From positions 1 through 63,707 of the forward strand of contig DATKJS010000044.1 in assembly GCA_035543515.1 (NCBI GenBank): a DNA stretch of 63,707 nt. Reading direction: 5' to 3'. Origin of the DNA: Terriglobales bacterium (GTDB lineage Bacteria; Acidobacteriota; Aminicenantia; Aminicenantales; Saccharicenantaceae). A program made the position numbers and the translations under genes. A model generated the notes under the pieces. The model was not told where the DNA came from and did not search any database. It was given only the letters and a program-made list of their open reading frames with translations. Below, in pieces: positions 55,237 to 63,707 of the stretch (position 1 is its first letter; every line of letters starts with the position of its first letter).

Positions 55237-55728
55237 CTAACGCGCCGGGGCGACGGCCGAGACGAATTCCCGGGCGAACGCCGCCGCCTTGTCGAGCGCG
55301 CCGTCGATGAGGGGGCCCCTTATGTCCTTGACCTCGCAGCGGAGCGTCTCGGGGTAGACGTTCAGGCCCAGCGCTTTTGCGGCGTCGTGCATGAGGCCTG
55401 CGGCGCCGGGGGTGAGCCATTTCCGGCCCTTTTCGAGTTTCACCGGGTCGGTCGGGATCGGCCCGTAGGTGTCAAAGACGGCGAGGGGTTTCCGGGCCGC
55501 GCCCAGTTTCCGCAGGCGTTTCAGGACGCGCAGCGCCCTCCGCGTGACCCGCGCCATCCTCGTCGGGGCGCCGATCAGGATAAGGTCGAAACTCTCCGGG
55601 TCCGGCAGCCTTTTCCTCAGGTCCTGGACGACGGGGGCGTGGCCGAGCGCGGTCAGCTGGGAGGCCATGGCCTCCGCGGCCTGTTTCGTGTTGCCGTAGT
55701 GGCTTCGGTAGAGGATGAGGGCTTTCAT
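55237..55728 (-). CDS. Flavodoxin-domain protein
   Basis: ILYRSHYGNTKQAAEAM, DLILIGAPT, AVFDT. Confidence 0.85.
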   Translation of the reverse strand: MKALILYRSHYGNTKQAAEAMASQLTALGHAPVVQDLRKRLPDPESFDLILIGAPTRMARVTRRALRVLKRLRKLGAARKPLAVFDTYGPIPTDPVKLEKGRKWLTPGAAGLMHDAAKALGLNVYPETLRCEVKDIRGPLIDGALDKAAAFAREFVSAVAPAR

Positions 55729-55744
55729 CTCGCGTCCTCCTTCT

Positions 55745-56815
55745 TCACGGGCTTTCCCAGACCCGCAACCCCTGGCGGCTGAGATAGATGGGGATGGACC
55801 GGAAGGCCGGGTCGGCCGCCTCGACGGCCTTGATCATGGCTCGCTTCTCGTGCGACCGGTCGCCGCAGAGGAGGGTCAGCGAGCCGCCCTCGCCGCCCGC
55901 GCCGTTGACCTTCCAGCCGAGCGCGCTATGGGCCTTGGCGATGGCGATGACTTTCTCGGCGTCCGCGCTGACGAGCTTGGGGTGGAGGCGGCGCTGGGCC
56001 TCCGTGTTCTCCTTCATGACCCGGCCGAGGGCCTCGAAGTCGCCGGCGAAGAGAGCGTCGCGCGAGCGTGAGGCGGTGCGGCGCAGGGCCTCGAGCTTCG
56101 GCGAATCCGGCCCGGCGCACTCGAGCTCGCGGATGACCATCTCGTGGATCTCCGAGGAGCGGTGGGACCGCCCCAGGTAGATGAGGGCGAGCCGGCGCTC
56201 GAGCTCCCACCAGACCGTGTTGGGCACGACGACGGGGGAGACCGAGGCGTGGGGATAGTGGAACATCTCGATGTAGTTGATGCCGCCGTAGGCCGAGCAG
56301 AGCTGGTCCTGGATGCCGCACTGCTGCTTGAGGATCTCGGTCTCGATGCGCTGGGCCGCGGCGGCGACCTCGTGGGGCGTCAGGCGGCCGGGAGTGAGGC
56401 GGTCGAGGGCGCCGATCAGGGCGACGGTGACGGCGGCAGACGTCCCCGTCGAGCCGCCGGCCGGGGCCTCGGAGAAGATCGTCACCTCAAAGGCCAGGTC
56501 GCGGGGGACTTTCATGAACTCAATGGCCGCTTCGAGGAGCGGATGGCGGTCCCATGTCTTGCGCTGGGACTTAAGGCCATAGCGCTGGCCGAAGTTCTCG
56601 GCGTTGATGACGACGCGGTCCCTGCGGCTGCGGACCGGGAAGACCTCGACCTGGACCTCGGCATAGGGGTAGACGGCGATGTTGAAGATGCGGCCGGTGC
56701 CCGCGAACCAGGTGTCGGTCCAGCCGCCGTTGTCGCAGATGCGGATGGGCGCGACGCTGTTGATGACGCGCGGGGGAGCGGGCTTCGCTCGCGACGTGGG
56801 CTTGTTGCGGGGCAT
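55745..56815 (-). CDS. GHMP-family sugar kinase (HddA-like)
   Basis: APIRICDNGGWTD, SEAPAGGSTGTS, GIQDQLCSAYGG, GWKVNGAGGEGG. Start ATG 56815. Confidence 0.85.
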   Translation of the reverse strand: MPRNKPTSRAKPAPPRVINSVAPIRICDNGGWTDTWFAGTGRIFNIAVYPYAEVQVEVFPVRSRRDRVVINAENFGQRYGLKSQRKTWDRHPLLEAAIEFMKVPRDLAFEVTIFSEAPAGGSTGTSAAVTVALIGALDRLTPGRLTPHEVAAAAQRIETEILKQQCGIQDQLCSAYGGINYIEMFHYPHASVSPVVVPNTVWWELERRLALIYLGRSHRSSEIHEMVIRELECAGPDSPKLEALRRTASRSRDALFAGDFEALGRVMKENTEAQRRLHPKLVSADAEKVIAIAKAHSALGWKVNGAGGEGGSLTLLCGDRSHEKRAMIKAVEAADPAFRSIPIYLSRQGLRVWESP

Positions 56816-56889
56816 GGGCGATCGCGGCCTCCGTCCGCCGGAATGACTATACTTGCGCCCGGCGGCGGGTGTCAAGGAAAGAGGGCTCC

Positions 56890-59800
56890 CTAGCGGATGA
56901 ACCGCCAGAGGTCGTTAAGCTGTCCCGCAATGAGTCCGCCGTACCCGTTGCCTCCAAAGAGCCAGAACCTGCCCCGGGAGTCTGTCCAGGAGACGGCCCC
57001 ATGCCGACAGCCTGGGGTGTCTGACAGATCTGCGATGCCCCTTGTTCCATAGACCCCATAAGGGGATTGGAAAAGTGAACTCCTTCCTGAAACCCAGGTC
57101 CAAGCGGAGGTCGCAGGGTCGTACATCCAGAGGTCATTGAGCTCCGAATCGTAGCCAGTCGAGTCACGGCCATACCCGCCGAATAGCCAAAGCCTGCCGC
57201 CAGCATCACACCAGGGCACAGCCCCCCACCGTCCACCGGGGACATTCGAAACATCCGCGACGCCCATCGTTCCGTAGATTCCCGCCTGACCCCCGATGGA
57301 GCTCCCCGAGACCCACGTCCATTCGAGAGCTGCCGGGTCGAATCTCCAGAGGTCATTGAGCTCGCCGCCCCCGAAGAGCCAGAGTGTCCCTTGGGGGTCG
57401 AGCCAGCCGACTGCGCCGTGTCTCGCCGGGGGAATGCTCGACGGGTCAGGCACGCCCTTCGTGCCGTAAGACCCTGCCTGGTCTCTCGTGTCGCTGCCGG
57501 AGACCCACGTCCAAAGACCGGTGGCGGTCTCATACTTCCAGAGGTCGTTCAGGTTGCCCTCGTACGAGCTCGTGGTCGCATCGTAGCCATATCCCCCGAA
57601 GAGCCAGAGGTTTCCGATGGAATCCGCCCAGGGGACCGCCCCACGTCTGGCTCCCGGCCTGCTCGATGGATCGGCGACACCCTTGATTCCATAGGATCCG
57701 TGCCAATCGAGCCCATTGTTGCCGGAAACCCAAGTCCATTCGCCGGTCACCGTGTCGAAACGCCACAAGTCATTCAGCTCACCGGCCGTATCGTTGGAGA
57801 GAGCATAGCCGTATCCGCCGAAAAGCCAGAAGTTGCCGCTGGCATCAATCCAGGAGACGGCCTGCTCTCTGCTCCCGGGGATGTTCGACGGATCGGGCAT
57901 TCCCTGGGTGCCGTATGAGCCCGGCCGGTTGGTTATGGTGCTCCCCGAGACCCAGGTCCATTCGCCGGTCGAGGTGTCGTACACCCAGAGTTCGTTATAA
58001 GAGCCTTGATGGTGGGGCCAGACGGATGATCCTCCGAACAGCCAGAGTCTGCCCAAACGGTCAGCCGAGGCGGTCGCACTCTCTCTCGAGCCCGGCACAT
58101 TCGTCGGGCCGGAGACTCCTCGCGTGCCATACATCCCCGCCTGGGACACGTCGTCGCTTCCGGAGATCCAGGCCCATTGGTTGGCGACGGGTTCGAGGAT
58201 GGTGACGGAAGCGCTTGCCGTCCGGGTGGGATCAGCGACCGAAGTGGCGGTGACCGTTACGGGGGCCGAGCCCGGGACGATTGCCGGAGCCGTGTACAGG
58301 CCGTCGCTGCCGACCGTTCCGCACGCCGCACCGTCGCATCCGGCGCCGGACACGCTCCAGGTCACCTCGTGATTGGTCGAGTACTGTACGGAGGCTCTGA
58401 GCAGCCGGGACTCGCCGGCATACACGCTGGCGGCATCCGGCGTCATCGTGACCTTGACGGCGGCGTCGACAATCGTTACCGTGGCGCTGGCCGACTTGGA
58501 GGGGTCAGCTACGGAGGTGGCCCTGACCGTCACCGTGGCCGGGCTGGGTGCACTCGCAGGGGCCGTGTAGAATCCGGAGTTGCTGAGCGTCCCGCACGCC
58601 CCGCCGCCGCATCCGACGCCGGACAGGCTCCAGCTCACGGCGTCGTTCGCCGAATTGTGCACCATGGCGTTGAACTGGACGGACTCGGTGACATAGACGC
58701 TGGGAGCATCGGGAGCTATCGTTACGCGGACAGCCGACGAGGGCGGTATGGTCTGACCGACGCCGGAATATCGCCATAGATCACTGAGCCTTTGATCTTG
58801 TGCCTCGGCGCTACAACCGCCTCCTCCGAAGAGCCAGAGTCCGCCATTGGGGGCTTTCCAGGATATGGCTTTTGTTCTCCCCCCCGGAACGTTCGAGAAG
58901 CTCAGCGTGCCTTTCGTCCCGTAGATGCCTTTCTGATCGACTGTCGAGGTGCCGGCAACCCAGGTCCATTTGAGCGTCGCCGGGTCGAACATCCACAGGT
59001 CGTTGAGAAGGCCGGAGTCTGCGGCTGAGCGGCCGTATCCGCCGAAAAGCCAGAGTCGGCCATTGGAACCGAGCCAGGACACGGCCGCCTGCCTCGCCCC
59101 GGGGACATTCGAGGACGAGGCAACTCCCTGCGTCCCATAGCTGCCCGGCTCGTCCGGACGATCGCTTCCCGAGATCCAGGTCCATTCGAGTTGCGTCGTA
59201 TCGAACTTCCAGAGCGCATTCCCGCCGCCGACGAGGAGCCAGAGATTATCTTCGGGATCGATCCAGGAAACCGCGCCACCCGTTCCTCCGGGGACGTTCG
59301 ACGGCAGGGTCACGCCTTTCGTCCCGTAGCTGCCTTCCTGGTCAGCGATATCGTCACCGGAGACCCATTTCCATTCGAGCGTTCTCGGGTCGAATCGCCA
59401 TAGGTCGTTGAGGGCTCCGCCAAGTTCGCCGATCGAATCCAGGCCGGCTCCTCCGAAAAGCCAGAGCTTGCCACTGGAATCGACCCAGGTCACGGCGGAT
59501 TCTCTCGCGCCGGGCGTGCCCTCCGGCGCGGCCACGCCCTTCGTTCCGTAGATCCCCGGCTGATAGAAGATCTTGCTGCCGGCGATCCAGGTCCATTCAA
59601 CGGTCGCGGGATCGAATCGCCAGAGGTCATTAAGGTCCGACCAATGACCGTCGGCGTCACATCCCCATCCTCCGAAGAGCCAGAGCTTGCCGGAGGCATC
59701 GGACCAGGAGGCGGCCGATTGTCTCGCCCCCGGGACGTTTGATGGCGAAGCGATGCCCTTCGTCCCATAGACGCCCGGCGCGCCTGGGCCGTCGTCGCCC

Positions 59801-60153
59801 GAGATCCAGGTCCATTCATTGGTCGTGGGATCGTATTTCCATAAGTCGTTCTGCTGTCCCCAATAATGCTCGGGCGCACCGTAGGCATATCCTCCGAACA
59901 GCCAGAAGTTGCCTTTGGAATCGACCCAGGAGACGGCCGATTCCCTCGCTCCGGGGATATTCTGAGGGTCCGCCTTGCCTTTTATCCCGTAGATACCACC
60001 CTGGTTTCCCGCATTGCTGCCGGACATCCATGTCCATCCGGCCTCTGTCGTCGGAGGAGTCGCGGAGCTGTCGGCGCCTCCGCAGGCGATGCATAGTGTG
60101 ATGAACGAAAAAGCTAAGACCCCCAGGACTGCTGCCACAGGCTGCTTGTTCAT
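56890..60153 (-). CDS. Surface protein with two 6-repeat Kelch-like propellers separated by two Ig-like domains
   Basis: 12 repeats of WTWxSG...GxYGTxG...PGAR..A..W.D..G.LWLFGG...NDLW; two ...YTAP...VTV.ATSVADP Ig-like domains; signal peptide ending CIAC. Confidence 0.88.
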   Translation of the reverse strand: MNKQPVAAVLGVLAFSFITLCIACGGADSSATPPTTEAGWTWMSGSNAGNQGGIYGIKGKADPQNIPGARESAVSWVDSKGNFWLFGGYAYGAPEHYWGQQNDLWKYDPTTNEWTWISGDDGPGAPGVYGTKGIASPSNVPGARQSAASWSDASGKLWLFGGWGCDADGHWSDLNDLWRFDPATVEWTWIAGSKIFYQPGIYGTKGVAAPEGTPGARESAVTWVDSSGKLWLFGGAGLDSIGELGGALNDLWRFDPRTLEWKWVSGDDIADQEGSYGTKGVTLPSNVPGGTGGAVSWIDPEDNLWLLVGGGNALWKFDTTQLEWTWISGSDRPDEPGSYGTQGVASSSNVPGARQAAVSWLGSNGRLWLFGGYGRSAADSGLLNDLWMFDPATLKWTWVAGTSTVDQKGIYGTKGTLSFSNVPGGRTKAISWKAPNGGLWLFGGGGCSAEAQDQRLSDLWRYSGVGQTIPPSSAVRVTIAPDAPSVYVTESVQFNAMVHNSANDAVSWSLSGVGCGGGACGTLSNSGFYTAPASAPSPATVTVRATSVADPSKSASATVTIVDAAVKVTMTPDAASVYAGESRLLRASVQYSTNHEVTWSVSGAGCDGAACGTVGSDGLYTAPAIVPGSAPVTVTATSVADPTRTASASVTILEPVANQWAWISGSDDVSQAGMYGTRGVSGPTNVPGSRESATASADRLGRLWLFGGSSVWPHHQGSYNELWVYDTSTGEWTWVSGSTITNRPGSYGTQGMPDPSNIPGSREQAVSWIDASGNFWLFGGYGYALSNDTAGELNDLWRFDTVTGEWTWVSGNNGLDWHGSYGIKGVADPSSRPGARRGAVPWADSIGNLWLFGGYGYDATTSSYEGNLNDLWKYETATGLWTWVSGSDTRDQAGSYGTKGVPDPSSIPPARHGAVGWLDPQGTLWLFGGGELNDLWRFDPAALEWTWVSGSSIGGQAGIYGTMGVADVSNVPGGRWGAVPWCDAGGRLWLFGGYGRDSTGYDSELNDLWMYDPATSAWTWVSGRSSLFQSPYGVYGTRGIADLSDTPGCRHGAVSWTDSRGRFWLFGGNGYGGLIAGQLNDLWRFIR

Positions 60154-60279
60154 TCGCCCCCGCTCTTCCCGGGCCCTATTAAAACTCTCCGCGGCGCGGC
60201 ATGTCAAGCCCGAGCGAAAGGGTCACCCGTGGTGAGCCGTGCCGGAATCAGAAAGGACGGCCGGATGGGAGGGGAGGAA

Positions 60280-60340
60280 TGGCGGGAAGGTGCGGGAATC
60301 GAACCCACCCGGGACGTCGATAGCCCCATGCCGGATTTGA
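60280..60340 (-). pseudogene. selC: 3' half of tRNA-Sec (selC), from anticodon to CCA; probable att-site remnant
   Basis: Minus strand TCAAATCCGGCATGGGGCTATCGACGTCCCGGGTGGGTTCGATTCCCGCACCTTCCCGCCA: UCA anticodon, long variable arm, 5-bp T-stem, 8-nt acceptor strand, G discriminator, CCA. The 5' half is absent. Confidence 0.85.
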
Positions 60341-60511
60341 CCCCAGGGAGCCTTATGGCGAAGCTATTAATGCGGAACGGACTATGAACCGCTCTTCTCC
60401 GCAATATGGCCGAATTGTGGGTTAGCTATTAGACGTTGGGACTCTGAGTTCCTAACTGAAGCCTGACAGGTCTTTTTCCGAGAGCGCGACAATAATCAAT
60501 GTCCCCGCCGA

Positions 60512-61504
<993 letters not shown>

Positions 61505-61551
61505 CTATCCCCCATAGTGTCGATTGTATTTTGCCGGTTGGTTCGATCTTC

Positions 61552-62064
61552 TCATTTCGTGATCCTGATTCTTCGCAACCACTCAGAGACCGTGTCTTGC
61601 GCGGTTCTTACGTCCCTTCCCCAAATCGCCACACCGTCCAGCAAGATCGATTTTGCGCAGAGCTTTGAGATATCCGCAACGCTTCGTCCCAACCCGGTTC
61701 CGCCGTGAGTGCAAAACGGCACGATGGTTTTCCCCGTGAAATCGTATTCCAACAAAAAGGTCTTGACTGGAGCGGGAATCGTGTACCACCAAATAGGGTA
61801 GCCTATAAAGACCGAACGATATAAGTTGATATTCTCGACTTTGGTTTTCAGGGCAGGCTTATCACCGGAGTCAAGTTCTTGCCTTGCTTGTTTTACAACC
61901 GCGTCATAATCATTGGGGTAGGGATTTACGGTCTGAATCTCAAAAATATCGCTGCTCACGCTCTTATGTATTTGATTGGCGACCTCACGAGTGTTGCCAC
62001 TGTGGGAAAAATAGGCCACCAGGATTCTTTCCGTTCCTGAGGGCGGCGCAGCGGCAAAACTCAT
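61552..62064 (-). CDS. Flavodoxin (flavodoxin_4 type)
   Basis: ILVAYFSHSGNT, IGYPIWW, PFCTHGG.G. N-terminus possibly truncated. Confidence 0.88.
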   Translation of the reverse strand: MSFAAAPPSGTERILVAYFSHSGNTREVANQIHKSVSSDIFEIQTVNPYPNDYDAVVKQARQELDSGDKPALKTKVENINLYRSVFIGYPIWWYTIPAPVKTFLLEYDFTGKTIVPFCTHGGTGLGRSVADISKLCAKSILLDGVAIWGRDVRTAQDTVSEWLRRIRITK

Positions 62065-62355
62065 ATGAGCCCTAACACCTATGCGACCCTAACGCGACCA
62101 ATGTACCACCTCAAGAACGACATTTTCAACCATTCTTTCCTCTGGCATCAGAGTCGGATCGCCCAGTGAGTTGTGGGAGCAGGTGAGGAGCGGGTCATGG
62201 CAGGTCCTTTTGGATGGCTTTCGCTCTCCTCTCATATAAGCTCTGAAGTTACAGGCTGAAAACGCCGTGGACAAAGTGGCGGTTTTGGAAAAAATGAAGA
62301 GCCAGGAACGGCATAATACTCCATTATTCTAACACTCGATAGACATCGACGCCGG

Positions 62356-63707
62356 GCCGTGTCAACCGATGTTCGCAACTTCGGGGCCATCGTAAACCTC
62401 TTCAGTTAGCCGCTTGAGCCATCAGCTCATGGAGCCTGTCCAAGGACCCGAGGACCTTGTCCTCTCGGATATAGCTGCGCTCACCTCCCCAGTCCTCCGA
62501 GTATTCGACGAGATAGCAGATCGTCAACCGGACATAGGACTCGACCGAGGGGAAGACGCCCACCACCCGGCTCCGCCGGCGGATCTCCATGTTCAGCCGC
62601 TCCTGTCCATTGGTCGAGGAGATCCTCTTCTTGTCGACGTCCGGGAAGTCATAGAACGAGAGAGAGTCCTCGAGGCCCTCTTCCAGGCAACAGACCGCCT
62701 CGGGGAACCGCTTCCCGTAATCGTCGATGAGAGCGGCGGCCGCCCGCCGAGCGCTTTTCTTGTCCGGCTCGAGCCAGATCTGTTTCAGATGGGCCGCGAA
62801 CCGGGCTTTTTCCCGATGGGGCACCTTGGCCAGGATGTTGCGCATGAAGTGGACCTTACAACGCTGCCAGGAAGCGCCCAGCCATTCCTTCCGGACCGCG
62901 GCCTGGAGGCCGGCGTGGGCGTCGGAGACGCAGAGCGCGGTCCTCTTCATGCCCCGGGCCTTGAGATTGCGGAAAAAGACGCGCCAGGAGTCCTCCGACT
63001 CGTCGAACATGGGCTCCACAGCCAGGATCTCCCGTGTCCCGGCCTTATTGACCCCGCAGGCGATCATCACGGCCACCGAGACCACCCGTCCCTCGACCCG
63101 GACCTTCTGGTACAGGGCGTCGATCCAGAGGAACGGATACTCCTCCTCCAGGGGCCGACTCCGAAAATCGGCGACCTGGGCGTCGAGCTCCTTGTTGAAC
63201 TCCGAGACCCGGGAAGCGGAGATGTTCTCGATGCCCATAGCCCGGGCCAGCCGCTCGATTTTCCGGGTCGAGACCCCGTTGACGAAGGCCTCCTGGACAA
63301 CCGCGATCAGCGCCTGCTCGGATCTCTTCCTCTCCGAGATGAAGAACGGCACATAGCCGCCCTTACGAACCTTGGGCACGAGAAGATAGACCGTCCCGAG
63401 CCGGGTATCAACTCTCCGGGCCCGCGCCCCCGAAAAATACGTTGTGCGTTCCTTGGCATGCTTGCCCTTGGCCGCCCCGACCTTGGCTTCCGCCTCGATC
63501 CTCATCATCTCCGTCATCACCCACTTGAGCATGGCCAGGAACGGATCCGGCTCCGTGATGAACTGCAATAGCGCCTTCTTGAAGGGTGTCCTATAATGCT
63601 GTTGGGCCATCGTAGTAAAACTTCTCCTCTCAATCGATTTGGCGATCGAAGAGAGTTTACGATGGCCTACCTCCTATGCCAAATTGCGAACGTCACTGTA
63701 CACTAGC
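62356..63707 (-). mobile_element. IS256-family insertion sequence
   Basis: Imperfect terminal inverted repeats: GTGTCAACCGATGTTCGCAACTT...GGCCATCGTAAACCTCTTC (62359-62403) versus GAAGAGAGTTTACGATGGCC...AAATTGCGAACGTCACTGTACAC (63648-63703). The window ends at the IS end. Confidence 0.88.
62402..63610 (-). CDS. IS256 (Mutator-family) DDE transposase
   Basis: GVSTRK, LWIDA, VSDAHAGL..A, WQRCKVHFMRN, STNGQERLNMEIRRR. Confidence 0.95.
   Translation of the reverse strand: MAQQHYRTPFKKALLQFITEPDPFLAMLKWVMTEMMRIEAEAKVGAAKGKHAKERTTYFSGARARRVDTRLGTVYLLVPKVRKGGYVPFFISERKRSEQALIAVVQEAFVNGVSTRKIERLARAMGIENISASRVSEFNKELDAQVADFRSRPLEEEYPFLWIDALYQKVRVEGRVVSVAVMIACGVNKAGTREILAVEPMFDESEDSWRVFFRNLKARGMKRTALCVSDAHAGLQAAVRKEWLGASWQRCKVHFMRNILAKVPHREKARFAAHLKQIWLEPDKKSARRAAAALIDDYGKRFPEAVCCLEEGLEDSLSFYDFPDVDKKRISSTNGQERLNMEIRRRSRVVGVFPSVESYVRLTICYLVEYSEDWGGERSYIREDKVLGSLDRLHELMAQAAN

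Noticed and set aside
3312-60340. Two tRNA 3' halves as split or trans-spliced tRNAs
   Set aside because: No matching 5' halves or complementary leader sequences are present; split tRNAs are archaeal. Integration scars explain both more simply.
62060-62200. GTTAGGC immediately before the flavodoxin ATG, resembling an integron cassette core site
   Set aside because: No matching RYYYAAC inverse core or palindromic attC structure at a suitable distance, and no integron integrase in the window.

Overview
A 63.7 kb window from a very GC-rich bacterial chromosome. The gene repertoire suggests a free-living diderm anaerobe such as Ca. Aminicenantes or an Acidobacteria relative (inference only). Most of it is ordinary envelope, transport and metabolism: AsmA/YdbH plus a YdbL lipoprotein, a czcCBA-type RND efflux pump, two APC permeases, NamZ, a glutamine-synthetase-family protein, xylulokinase, M28 and M14 peptidases, a GH106 rhamnosidase and OmpA. 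Both edges carry a tRNA 3' half with no 5' half: tRNA-Leu(CAA) at ~3312-3379 (+) and tRNA-Sec at 60280-60340 (-). These look like attachment-site scars of islands extending out of the window. The right-hand island has lower GC and holds an aldo/keto reductase, a flavodoxin and an IS256 element that ends at the window edge. The standout is an 8-gene locus at 17593-27940 made of two convergent arms. One arm encodes an RsbV/RsbU/RsbW-type partner switch with an NTT(ATP/ADP translocase)-HEAT fusion inserted. The other encodes a signal-peptide-bearing Shelph phosphatase fused to a pseudokinase, a second NTT, and two signal-peptide-bearing type II PI4K/FAM20-like kinases. I infer a candidate extracytoplasmic phosphorylation cycle with its own ATP supply, coupled to cytoplasmic signalling. 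Other points of interest are a CDP-inositol-type lipid/glycolipid cluster, a heptose-like sugar-phosphate operon containing a deoxyhypusine-synthase-fold gene, a 91-bp REPIN-like palindrome, a twin-Kelch-propeller surface protein, and several predicted leaderless transcripts and small ORFs. All family assignments come from motif recognition by eye; no database searches were run.
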